DNA of 63,617 nucleotides, the filler included, from Octopus bimaculoides (lineage: Eukaryota), in assembly GCF_001194135.2 (NCBI RefSeq). It is 9 parts of 7 records of this genome, joined end to end, with 100 filler letters (N's around TTAATTAATTAA, not from the genome) between each part and the next. Parts side by side here need not be neighbours in the genome. Positions count along the whole stretch, not along the records: positions 47,719 to 57,306 come from NC_068982.1; positions 57,407 to 60,128 come from NC_068999.1; positions 60,229 to 61,559 come from NC_068986.1; positions 61,660 to 63,617 come from NW_026424728.1; 5 more parts are not named here. One strand, written 5' to 3'. Below, in pieces: positions 52,277 to 63,617 of this stretch. The notes below the pieces were generated by a model that saw only the letters and a list, made by a program, of their open reading frames with translations, did no database searches and was not told the DNA's origin. Numbering within the stretch: position 1 is the stretch's first letter; each line of letters begins with the position of its first letter. The translations under genes were made by a program, and so were the position numbers.

Positions 52277-53026
52277 NNNNNNNNNNNNNNNNNNNNNNNN
52301 NNNNNNNNNNNNNNNNNNNNNNNNNNNNNNNNNNNNNNNNNNNNNNNNNNNNNNNNNNNNNNNNNNNNNNNNNNNNNNNNNNNNNNNNNNNNNNNNNNNN
52401 NNNNNNNNNNNNNNNNNNNNNNNNNNNNNNNNNNNNNNNNNNNNNNNNNNNNNNNNNNNNNNNNNNNNNNNNNNNNNNNNNNNNNNNNNNNNNNNNNNNN
52501 NNNNNNNNNNNNNNNNNNNNNNNNNNNNNNNNNNNNNNNNNNNNNNNNNNNNNNNNNNNNNNNNNNNNNNNNNNNNNNNNNNNNNNNNNNNNNNNNNNNN
52601 NNNNNNNNNNNNNNNNNNNNNNNNNNNNNNNNNNNNNNNNNNNNNNNNNNNNNNNNNNNNNNNNNNNNNNNNNNNNNNNNNNNNNNNNNNNNNNNNNNNN
52701 NNNNNNNNNNNNNNNNNNNNNNNNNNNNNNNNNNNNNNNNNNNNNNNNNNNNNNNNNNNNNNNNNNNNNNNNNNNNNNNNNNNNNNNNNNNNNNNNNNNN
52801 NNNNNNNNNNNNNNNNNNNNNNNNNNNNNNNNNNNNNNNNNNNNNNNNNNNNNNNNNNNNNNNNNNNNNNNNNNNNNNNNNNNNNNNNNNNNNNNNNNNN
52901 NNNNNNNNNNNNNNNNNNNNNNNNNNNNNNNNNNNNNNNNNNNNNNNNNNNNNNNNNNNNNNNNNNNNNNNNNNNNNNNNNNNNNNNNNNNNNNNNNNNN
53001 NNNNNNNNNNNNNNNNNNNNNNNNNN

Positions 53027-53431
53027 ACAAAAAATAGAGCGAAAGCTGCCGTTGATGGCTTGGCGATAACTATTAATAACCAGTACCGCTGCCGTAGTCT
53101 CCTTTAGACAGACTTAGAAATATTAATATTTCTATTCTTGAAAACTAGTGGATGTAGTCCATTGAATTTAAGTAAATAATCCTTCGTACAGACGGTCAGT
53201 AGCGACACCTGCTGGGTTCGGCTGCTCTACATCGATAAGAGGCATTACCTCGAATCTAGGCTGTAGATGCAAGCCCAGCAAGGGGGAACGGCTGACCTCC
53301 CCCGTTCGAAGATTATAGTGGACACAGATTCGTGTCACATAGCTAGCTAGAGGTGATGGCCTCTTGGAGCTACTCAACGGCAGCATTCGTCCTATTTCTT
53401 CGACTGCCATGTCGGCTTGGCGATAACTATT

Positions 53432-53462
<31 letters not shown>
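53027..53462 (+). mobile_element. Non-autonomous retrozyme-like unit: inverted arm plus 357-bp monomer with a 22-bp terminal direct repeat, ending in (TA)n
   Basis: Direct repeat GGCTTGGCGATAACTATTAATA at 53057-78 and 53414-35; inverted arm 53031-55 vs 53374-98 (21/25); HHR-shaped fold at 53226-53267. Confidence 0.75.
53226..53267 (+). ncRNA. Decayed type I hammerhead
   Basis: TCTACA [tcgataa] GAGG catta CCTC [gaat] CTAG [gc] TGTAGA: helices I, II and III are present, core residues are mutated, and the motif is enclosed by TGCTGGG..CCCAGCA. Confidence 0.6.
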
Positions 53463-53463
<1 letters not shown>

Positions 53464-53577
53464 AGCAAATGATCACTATAAGAATTAATTCATTAAACGG
53501 AGTTCAATAAATGTCATCAAATAAAATGAAATGAAACAGATTTTGTCGTTAATAATGGATTATTCATTTATTCTATT

Positions 53578-53674
53578 ATCCCAGACAGCTGTTTGTCTCA
53601 AAACGACCATGGTACCATCAAAGGAATAATGCATATTATTGTCATATAATGTCGTTTTGTACTCGTCAGTGGAT
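53578..53674 (-). ncRNA. Type I hammerhead with a damaged G12 junction
   Basis: Minus: TCCA CTGACGA gtac AAAACGAC...GTCGTTTT gagac AAA CAGCTG TC TGGGA; palindromic ACAGCTGT helix III. Confidence 0.65.
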
Positions 53675-55873
53675 TATAATTTTTAAAAAATAAAACATTT
53701 TAAATTATTACCGTGAGATTTTTTTTTCTTTCTAATCATTATATTAATTTCTACTTCATTACACCTGATACATCTGTAGCATACAAATAGGCATATATAG
53801 ATACACACGAGCACTCTCATGTGTATGATTATAACTTGCGGCTACTATACTAAATAGACATTAAAATAGTAAATGAACAAACTTACAGAGAACATGGAAT
53901 AAGATATCTCGATGCTTTAATGAAGAACGTTTACTAGTGATCACTGCATTTGAAATGCACGAAAACAACGGCATATCTATCACATCAAAATGCACTAAAA
54001 AGTAATCCCGATTAGATACTCTTATTCAGTTGAAGAAGCCTAATATTTGAACGTAAGCACTGAAAAACTGATTTTAAAAATATATGGCATAGAAACCAGA
54101 GCTAACGTACTACCGTCTCATATAAATAGTCACGGCCAACGCGTGTACTTCTGCGTGTCTGTAGTTCTGTCTACTTTTGCGTGTATATANNNNNNNNNNN
54201 NNNNNNNNNNNNNNNNNNNNNNNNNNNNNNNNNNNNNNNNNNNNNNNNNNNNNNNNNNNNNNNNNNNNNNNNNNNNNNNNNNNNNNNNNNNNNNNNNNNN
54301 NNNNNNNNNNNNNNNNNNNNNNNNNNNNNNNNNNNNNNNNNNNNNNNNNNNNNNNNNNNNNNNNNNNNNNNNNNNNNNNNNNNNNNNNNNNNNNNNNNNN
54401 ATGTATGTATGAATGTATGTGTGTATGCACATGTACGTACACACACTACATAAACGAAAATACATGTACGTACACACACGACACAAACGAAAATACATGG
54501 CCCCATTCATCATTTTTGAATATACACGCAGCAAAGTTTTCAGTGTAATTTGGACAGTGATTAATACAAAGCAGGTGTTAAGATAAAGATAACTATTCAG
54601 AAACAGTTGTTGACAACTTGCCTCTTTGAAAGTTAAAAGCGTAACGTATTTATAACTAATTTCAACACGAAATGTTGTTTGAATTAAATATATTACAAAC
54701 AAAACTTCGTGTTTATTTCCTCTAAAAAATTATAAAGTGGTGTGGTAAGAATATGTTGGAAAATTGACGGTTTCTTTTTTTCTTTTGATTTAATCACACG
54801 AATATAATTTTAGGACATAAATTCTTGGTCGTTTTCTTCTATTCATTTATTTTCTTTGTGATATATAAAATGTTATTACTTGGCCATGCTATTTGTTTGG
54901 CGATATAAATCAGATGCCTTCCTAGTTTTCGTTCTTATGAACAACACATGGATTCTAGCAGTGCATGTCTATTCAAATTTAACTAAATTGATATATGTCA
55001 CGATTATCGAGTGTAAGAAATTCTGTTCATTGTTACATACAATATTCTGTCAGAATTACATTTGTCAATCGCGCACTAGTTTTCCTTCTATCTGTCTCTC
55101 TGTAGCTCTTACTTCACTATTTTCTTTTCTCTTCTCCCTATTTATCTCAATCAACTCTCTTTTCTTCCATCCAACTCTTTATTTCTCTGTCAGTGATACG
55201 TTTTACTCTGCACGCTGAATTTAGAATAGCGTCAAGGGAAACCATTGCAAACGAAAATAATAGTAATAATAGCAATTATTGTAAGGAAATTATGTTCACC
55301 ATGCTGATTCTATTTATTGTTATGCCAGCATTTCTGCGAGTTATGACTCTTTTAATGTATCTACGCGTCATGTTTGTCTTATGTACTACTGTAATTACTG
55401 AAGGCAGTTTATGTAGCTCCATTCAGTTTAAGTGTAATGTATAGATTATCTTGTTGGTTTTCTACCATCACTCGATTGACTGCATTTGAAATCTGTCAAT
55501 ATGAGCACTTGCTTTCTCTTTTATATAATTTATTCCCAAACAGCAAATATATTTCCCCACACAATTTTTTGTAAAGAAAATAGCAAAATATTGCTATAGA
55601 AATATAGATAATCTTATAATTATTAGCGAATTTTATTGGGACAAGAATACATATAATTTACGAATCGTTTTCTGAGTTAAGAAAATTACTTGATATGATT
55701 ATGTTTCATTTCCTTTTCGAAACTCAACACACTGTTATTGTCCTTCCGGAAACTGCAAGGATAATCGATCATACCTACAGCGTTTTAATGCATATCTTCA
55801 AATTCCTCAGAATGTGTGTATGTGTTTGTGTATGCATGTATTTATAATATAGATATATTTATATATGTATGTA

Positions 55874-55913
<40 letters not shown>

Positions 55914-55997
55914 GGGGGTGCGTGTGGGGGTGTATACGTATGCAGATATATATGTATATACCTATATCCATACATACATACATACACCCACGCACGC

Positions 55998-56054
<57 letters not shown>

Positions 56055-56540
56055 AATAGGAAGTTAGATAAGCAGACTCACAGATACAGACTGATAATTA
56101 AGTGGTGATGAAAGATACGCTTGAGGAAGGACCACGTCATACTGGCGTATAAAATTATCCGAACTGTCATATAGGAATGAATAATTTGTATCTAATGTCT
56201 TCATTATTTGTAATATATTTAAAGGCAATCAGAAATAAATAAATAATAATTTTACGAATAGCAAAAGAACACTGTTTGATAGTGAATAAATAAGGATATA
56301 TAGATTAATATATAGCTACACGATACTGTAGACAAAATACCATTTGTTAATGTGTAGAAGACCAGCTTTCGTAAAACTAGTCACATTGATATGAGTCGCA
56401 TATTATTATGTTCGTTACAGAGAAATGCAGTATAAATCAAATGATTGATTTATCCTTGGACATCTCCGATGTTTTCGAATCTGCTCTAACACATTTAGCC
56501 ATCATTGGGAGGGTGAGTTACTGTCAAGCATCATCAACAT

Positions 56541-56602
56541 TGTGACAGCATTTTTTGCAACGTGTGATAGCATTTTTGTAACGTGTGATAGCATTTTTTG
56601 CT
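56541..56602. repeat. About 20-bp tandem repeat (GTGATAGCATTTTTTGCAAC-like), 3 copies
   Basis: Direct reading. Confidence 0.8.
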
Positions 56603-57406
56603 TTACACACTAGTAGTTTTGTTCAGCCAGATGATTTCTTTTTTACAATAGTCACTTTTTCACGACTGACCACAAATCGCGTAATAACCATACATACAGA
56701 TCATCTTGAATGTCAACGATATCTAAACGTATTCAAACGCAATTCTCATACAATTCAGCCTGACATCAAATCAGATCTAATTCTGTGAATAGTGACCTCT
56801 AAAACATAATTCATTGACTCCTTGCCTATCATTTCTCCTTATGAAATTACAATGCCCCAATGTGCATACAGAGAAGTATCATACTGAAATTGTGACGATA
56901 TTATTTCATAGTGAGGTTTTCATTTTATATCTTTAGCAATTTTTGTGTTACTCATGGTACTACAAGTAAAATATCGCGACACTATATAACCCATAGAAGC
57001 CTCTACGAATTTCATTATTTCGAGTATACACATTCTGCACGAAACATTTAAAAACAATCATCCCATACACCAATAATGTTCAAAAGATCCAGAAAAATAA
57101 AGTAAGCGAAGAGCCATATAAAAACAAGCTTGTTCAGTTTTCCGCAGACACATATAAGAAATACTAAATTTTGCTGAAATGTAATATGGATTTTATATCT
57201 AGGGGATGTATTAGTTTTCCCAATACGCCGTGCCTCTAACACTGGGTTGAATATATCGATATATGTCTATCTATCTATATGTCTATCTATCCGTATATAT
57301 ATATATNNNNNNNNNNNNNNNNNNNNNNNNNNNNNNNNNNNNNNNNNNNNTTAATTAATTAANNNNNNNNNNNNNNNNNNNNNNNNNNNNNNNNNNNNNN
57401 NNNNNN

Positions 57407-57445
<39 letters not shown>

Positions 57446-57639
57446 TATATGATTACTTATTTCTTCTTAACCCTTGCACTCTTGTTGTATCAGGGTCTTT
57501 TGCAAATCGCTAAGTTGCATGGACGTAAAGACATCAACACTGGTTATCAACCTGCGGTGTGGGACCAACATAGAAACACACAAATGCACCCCCAAACACA
57601 CACTCATATATACACACACACATACACACATATACGACG

Positions 57640-57735
57640 GGCATCTTTCAGTTTCCGTCTTCCAAATCCACTCACAAAACGTTGGCCGGCCCGAGGCTTT
57701 AGCCGAAGACACTTGCCCAAAGTGCAGTGGGAGTG
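57640..57735 (-). mobile_element. SINE family A (partial)
   Basis: ctttcagtttccgtcttccaaatccactcacaaaacgttggccggcccgagg..gacacttgcccaa. Confidence 0.75.
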
Positions 57736-58323
57736 AATCCTATGTAAATAAACATAGACATGGATGGATAGATGTTGGAAGATTGTGGCGAGGGCGGTAT
57801 TTTAGGAGAAATAAAGGCATACGAGCGCATGTCTTAAAGTAATGTATGACAAAACATGTTCTTTGTCCCCTTCCCTCACTTTCCGCAACCCGTCCCTCCC
57901 TCTGTAACCAAAGAACATGAAATTGGTTTCAGCGACATTTTGAATGTTTCATCAGAGTTAAATGTTTGACGAACAGAACAGTAGTTATAACATTTTATGT
58001 GACAATATTAACTAAATATTAAATATAACTGAATTTGTTCCCTTAAGAATAGTGAGATGTTTGCCGATGTGAACACAAGAATGTGAAAAGTGCATTAATC
58101 TGCGTGTTGGATTGAGATAAATGTAACTATGTATTAACAGAGTTTAAAGGTACAGAAGCAATCACTGCAGAAGCGGTAAATGTGCTGAACTTCGTCAGTT
58201 TGGCTTCTTTTTCTGGTCAGAGAAAAACCGTGTCATCTAATAACAGATTCTAATTTACCGAGCACGGTTAATAATGTCTACCTATCTACAGAATACACTG
58301 TATGTACTGTTAATCTATATTCC

Positions 58324-58393
<70 letters not shown>

Positions 58394-59127
58394 CATCTTT
58401 TTGCCTGTCTGTCTGTCTATCTTTAACTATATAGATAGGCAGATATACATATATACATAATTACATGGACACACACAGATGTCGGTATGCACCTATACAT
58501 GTGTGCTTGTATGTACGTATATGTATATGTATGTTTGTATGGTGGGCGCACGTGTGTGTGTCGGCATATGTATGTCATTATTCAGTTTTATTTCAAGATA
58601 GAGAAAGAACCGGTTTCTAACCTAGATCCAAAGCTCCTTCATCGCAATTTCATCATCAACAACAAGGTGTTTTTTGTATGCATGCATGTATGTATGTACA
58701 TGATGAAAAATTCAAGCAATATTGCCTACATTAAAGTTTCGGTCGTGCGAAAGAAGACAATAGCAAGTCTCTACACTAATATGTGGAACAACATATCTGT
58801 TTCTAGATTAAATATCTACTTTCAGGATTTTTTGTTATATATCTTCGTATATCAATTGGAAAATATCAAATAGCATTCAAATAATCTAGATACACATAGC
58901 AATACATTCATAGCTATATATTATAAATATCAATATTAATTTTACCGATATGTTGGTTATTATACGCTTGCCCCTGATAAAATCATTTTAATGATTATCC
59001 TCAATTTATACATGTGTGTGTTTGTGTGTGTGTGTGTAATTAATAGCTTATCGAAAACAGATTATATATATAGAATAATCATATTTTAATCATAGTGCTG
59101 TCAGTTAATAAGTTCCTATAATTTCTC

Positions 59128-59213
59128 GCTTTACGTTTCGGCCAATTGTTATTGTCCATGTTTGCACCTTTAAAGTGCATTATGATGCTATAAAACAATG
59201 GCCTCTTCAGAGC
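59128..59213 (-). ncRNA. Type I hammerhead ribozyme, intact core, branched helix II
   Basis: Minus: GCT CTGAAGA GGCCATTGTT...AACAATTGGCC GAAA CG TA AAGC. G10.1-C11.1 present; inner hairpin TGCAC..GTGCA; helix I is short with one extra A. Confidence 0.8.
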
Positions 59214-60228
59214 ATATTGGCTGCTATTTTTTCCACTTCTCTCGAATGGACAATTTGTTCCGACTGAATGGTAAGCTTTTAGTTCTTTTGTTTGACTTTG
59301 TGATGGATGTTGTTCTGAAAATAGTTCAAAACAGCCTTTTTTTTAACCCTACCAGACAAGGGAAGGATCTGCTGCCTAGAAACTAAACCATGTTACTATT
59401 CTACACTTATTGGTTTATTTGATAGGCACTTCAATCCTTCTTTTGATCAGGGCGGTTAAGCTCTTCATTTTTTGCAGCTATGAATTCCATCCTATTCAAC
59501 GTGTCGATAACCTATGTCCTTATTATTCATATTATTACCCCTGTATCGGAAAGAATGAAGTCTCTATAGAGACAACTAAACTTTCAGAAGGGAAAAGTAC
59601 TAAAATGGCAAAACAAATATATATAAATACATACATATANNNNNNNNNNNNNNNNNNNNNNNNNNNNNNNNNNNNNNNNNNNNNNNNNNNNNNNNNNNNN
59701 NNNNNNNNNNNNNNNNNNNNNNNNNNNNNNNNNNNATATATACATATATATATATATATACGCATACATATGTCCGTAAATATTGATGATTACTATCCGT
59801 ACGTCTTCAATATATTTGACAATGATACATTACAATTCATTAAACTATCAACACAATGTCTTATCTGAAAAATTATTTATTTTTCTAGATAATTTCCTTT
59901 AGCTGAACATATATGAAAACAATATTATTTTTGTATTTTTACTCTTCACTGCATCGTTATCATTATACATCGTTCAGAAACCTAGTTGAATAGTGCATAC
60001 ATCACATACTCTCATATCAACATTTGATCATCTTCCAAATATATCTTATGTATCCGTGTCTGTGTTCGATTGTTTGTGAATGTGCGTCTGTGTGAGTGTA
60101 AGACTGTATATATATATGTGTATATATANNNNNNNNNNNNNNNNNNNNNNNNNNNNNNNNNNNNNNNNNNNNTTAATTAATTAANNNNNNNNNNNNNNNN
60201 NNNNNNNNNNNNNNNNNNNNNNNNNNNN

Positions 60229-60308
<80 letters not shown>

Positions 60309-60540
60309 GAAGGCGGCGGCCTGGCAGAATCGTTAACACGTTGGACGAGATGCTTAACGGAATTTCACCCGTCGTAACGTTCTGATTTCAATTTCCACCG
60401 AGATGGACTTTGCCTTGGAGGTCGATAAATTAAGTACCAGTTGCGTACTGAAGTCGGTATAATCGACTAATCCCCCTTCCCACAAATTTCAGGCCTTGTG
60501 ACTATAGTAGAAAGGATTGTTATTATTGTTGTTGTTGCTG

Positions 60541-60619
<79 letters not shown>

Positions 60620-60625
<6 letters not shown>

Positions 60626-61145
60626 GTGAGAGAGTAGTGAATGTCATCAAAGTGACACTGGGGTAAAATATACGAAGCCCAGTATACCCATCATGACTTC
60701 TTGTCTGACAAGAGCCCACCAAGCACATGCATCACAACCATATGTGCGTGACATTGTGATCTCACATCAAGATAAACAGCACATATCCATGCAGTCGGGG
60801 CCCAGTTAGAATTTTCTTCAGGTTAAGTAGCCCATCCCGCTCAAAAGGTTCCTGAATAAGAGTTGTTTCAGGAGGTGAATAATTCGACCCATGTTTCCAG
60901 AGGTGAATAATTCAAACCCGAAAGAATTCTTCTCAACACATGGCTATGAGGCTCCTCCGCTGCTTCTGATCGGGATCAGAGATGCACATATCGTCAACCA
61001 TCAAGGGACATGCTAGATTGATTAAGGTCAAGCAACTGACAAGCAAATCTGTAGCATTGAGCCGAATATTTGCTGTAGCCCGTCTTTTATACCAAGACGA
61101 AACAATGTACATAATACTTCCAATCATTTAAGACTAGAAACCGTG
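60620..61145. repeat. Unclassified interspersed-repeat-like segment between (TAT)n tracts
   Basis: More complex and GC-richer than its flanks, non-coding, with an internal GAGGTGAATAATTC duplication; class not determined. Confidence 0.35.
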
Positions 61146-61194
61146 AGAGCTAGTGCCTTTTACTGCATCAGGACATATAATATTAATATTATAA

Positions 61195-61237
<43 letters not shown>

Positions 61238-61381
61238 TCCTTGTCATCCTTCTCGCTATTGTCATCATCATCATCATCAGTTTTATTATATTTTCGCCAT
61301 CCATATGTTTATAATTTCATCGTTCTATTTCTTACCCTTCACATCACCCCACCATCCACTGTTTCTAATCACACACACTCT

Positions 61382-61430
<49 letters not shown>

Positions 61431-62867
61431 CTCTACTTTTCTCCCTACTTGAAACCCACTCGTCTCTTTCCTCCGCTTCTTATTCTTACGCAGCCATTTT
61501 AAGAGAGAAGTTTTCTTTTAATCATTCCCTTTCTTCATTTATTTATTTATTCATTTGTCNNNNNNNNNNNNNNNNNNNNNNNNNNNNNNNNNNNNNNNNN
61601 NNNTTAATTAATTAANNNNNNNNNNNNNNNNNNNNNNNNNNNNNNNNNNNNNNNNNNNNAGCAATAAATACTTGGGTCGATTCATTCGACTAAACCCTTC
61701 AATTCAATGTTTGAAATTAGTGAGAAAAATAAAGGATAAAAGATAAACTAGTAGAGTATATTTTTCATTATTACTGTAATTGATTCGTTGACAACGTGTT
61801 GGCAGTCGATTAGATAAGTGCTAGCATAGAGCAGCAGCCTTGATTGCTTGACAAATTAATAGCAGTTGAAGCTGAGCTCATTACTGAAGTCATACGTGAT
61901 CCAGGAAAACGCTTGAGTATTATTATCTATGTAGTGTTTACATTTCCGAGAATAAATAATAATTCGCTAATTTTGGGGAATTATTTCAAGATGAACACCA
62001 TAACACAATGATTAATTTTGAAGTCTTCGACAGTCAGACGCCATTTTATAGCAATTATATAGATCGTTAGTATGTTCGTAACTTAACGAATAATGGGTTG
62101 TATAATTACGATACCCCCATCGCTTGCTGTCGATACTAAATAAATAATAGGGCGCAGTTCACTATTTGCACTCAAGCCTATAAGATTATAATGCTCCACA
62201 GACGGCATATACATACATANNNNNNNNNNNNNNNNNNNNNNNNNNNNNNNNNNNNNNNNNNNNNNNNNNNNNNNNNNNNNNNNNNNNNNNNNNNNNNNNN
62301 NNNNNNNNNNNNNNNNNNNNNNNNNNNNNNNNNNNNNNNNNNNNNNNNNNNNNNNNNNNNNNNNNNNNNNNNNNNNNNNNNNNNNNNNNNNNNNNNNNNN
62401 NNNNNNNNNNNNNNNNNNNNNNNNNNNNNNNNNNNNNNNNNNNNNNNNNNNNNNNNNNNNNNNNNNNNNNNNNNNNNNNNNNNNNNNNNNNNNNNNNNNN
62501 NNNNNNNNNNNNNNNNNNNNNNNNNNNNNNNNNNNNNNNNNNNNNNNNNNNNNNNNNNNNNNNNNNNNNNNNNNNNNNNNNNNNNNNNNNNNNNNNNNNN
62601 NNNNNNNNNNNNNNNNNNNNNNNNNNNNNNNNNNNNNNNNNNNNNNNNNNNNNNNNNNNNNNNNNNNNNNNNNNNNNNNNNNNNNNNNNNNNNNNNNNNN
62701 NNNNNNNNNNNNNNNNNNNNNNNNNNNNNNNNNNNNNNNNNNNNNNNNNNNNNNNNNNNNNNNNNNNNNNNNNNNNNNNNNNNNNNNNNNNNNNNNNNNN
62801 NNNNNNNNNNNNNNNNNNNNNNNNNNNNNNNNNNNNNNNNNNNNNNNNNNNNNNNNNNNNNNNNNNN

Positions 62868-63617
62868 AGGACAAAAACAGCACCATCACACAATTCACTC
62901 TGCCAGAAATTTGGAAACGACATGCTGTAATGCTCAGCATTCGCGCTGGAAGATCCACTATGAACACTTCAGAGTGTTTGAGTGTCAACCTAAAGAGATT
63001 GCAGAGGATTCGGAAAGAGCTGGATGAGTCTAATGGTGATTAGGGAGGTATGACAGCTCGGAAAACTTACTCTGATTGTTGTGATAAGAAAAGAACTCCT
63101 GAATTTGTTGGTGAGATTCAGCCCATGATTGACAACGATCCCTTCAAGTCAATCAGGTCTATCGCCAGAAACATAGGAGTGTCTGAGCTTCTTATCAGAC
63201 AGGTAATGCACAAAAACATTCGGTATTCCTCATACAAGATAAGAAAGGGCCGCCAATTTTTATCCCAAGCCATCAAGAACAAGAGGAAAGATCGCGCTAC
63301 GAAGCGTTTGAACAAACTCAAACATACTCTCCAACCGAACAAGCTTTGGTATTTCTCAGACGAGAAACATTCCTACCAGGACCAGATGGTGAACACACAG
63401 AACAACTTTTGGCTTGGCGTGTCCCCGAAATATGTACTGAGAGTGATAAAAATCAAACATTCAATCGACATCATGATGTTTGAAGAGATCACTAGTGATG
63501 GCGACGTTAAGCCTCCATTCATCTTCCCACACGGCCTCAAACTCAACATGGAGGCCTACCTATATCAAGTGCATGGAGGAGGTAGTGCTGCCCTGGGTCA
63601 AGAGGGTGACTACAGGA
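62868..63617 (+). pseudogene. Tc1/mariner-superfamily transposase, maT/DD37D-like, running off the window
   Basis: EIWKRHAVMLSIRAG..SIRSIARNIGVSE..WYFSDEK..VNTQNN.W..ITSDGDVKPPFIFPHGLKLN.EAY..EEVVLPW. The second and third catalytic residues lie outside the window. Confidence 0.85.

Noticed and set aside
56640-56860. Possible second hAT relic on the minus strand
   Set aside because: Only vague similarity to the RRIxD / LDESxD / RFV region after several assumed frameshifts; not supportable by eye.
33967-57955. Other CTGANGA hits (33967+, 34473+, 41078-, 43745+, 47857-, 50204+, 57949-)
   Set aside because: GAAA missing or misplaced, or helices I and III do not pair. Some may be very old HHRs but cannot be supported.

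Overview
AT-rich animal genomic DNA from a gapped scaffold, dense in microsatellites and transposons. The SINE families, the (TA)n/(CA)n/(TAT)n load and the 44N-TTAATTAATTAA-44N spacers resemble an Octopus assembly (inference, not verified). I found no convincing host-gene exon, rRNA, intact tRNA or CRISPR array; nearly all long ORFs in the track are N-gap or microsatellite artefacts. Recognisable content is decayed mobile DNA: CR1-type and RTE LINE pieces, two R4/Dong-like RLE tails, at least five Penelope-like element (PLE) relics, mariner/Tc1-family and hAT transposase relics, Helitron-like ends and several tRNA-derived SINE families. The main result is a set of type I hammerhead ribozymes (HHRs) read directly from the sequence. 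Three retain the CUGANGA/GAAA/UH residues (1688-1759 +, 17784-17878 -, 59128-59213 -), two carry a local core lesion (21145-21205 +, 53578-53674 -) and several are more decayed. The well-preserved ones all have a self-complementary helix III but share little flanking sequence. Two sit in short non-coding units with the same layout: inverted arm, terminal direct repeat, HHR, arm, direct repeat, (TA)n. One PLE 3' end links a tRNA-like Pol III cassette to an HHR remnant. This suggests a diverse retrozyme-like, non-autonomous PLE system. Relic boundaries were estimated by eye and are approximate (tens of bp); no database search was run.
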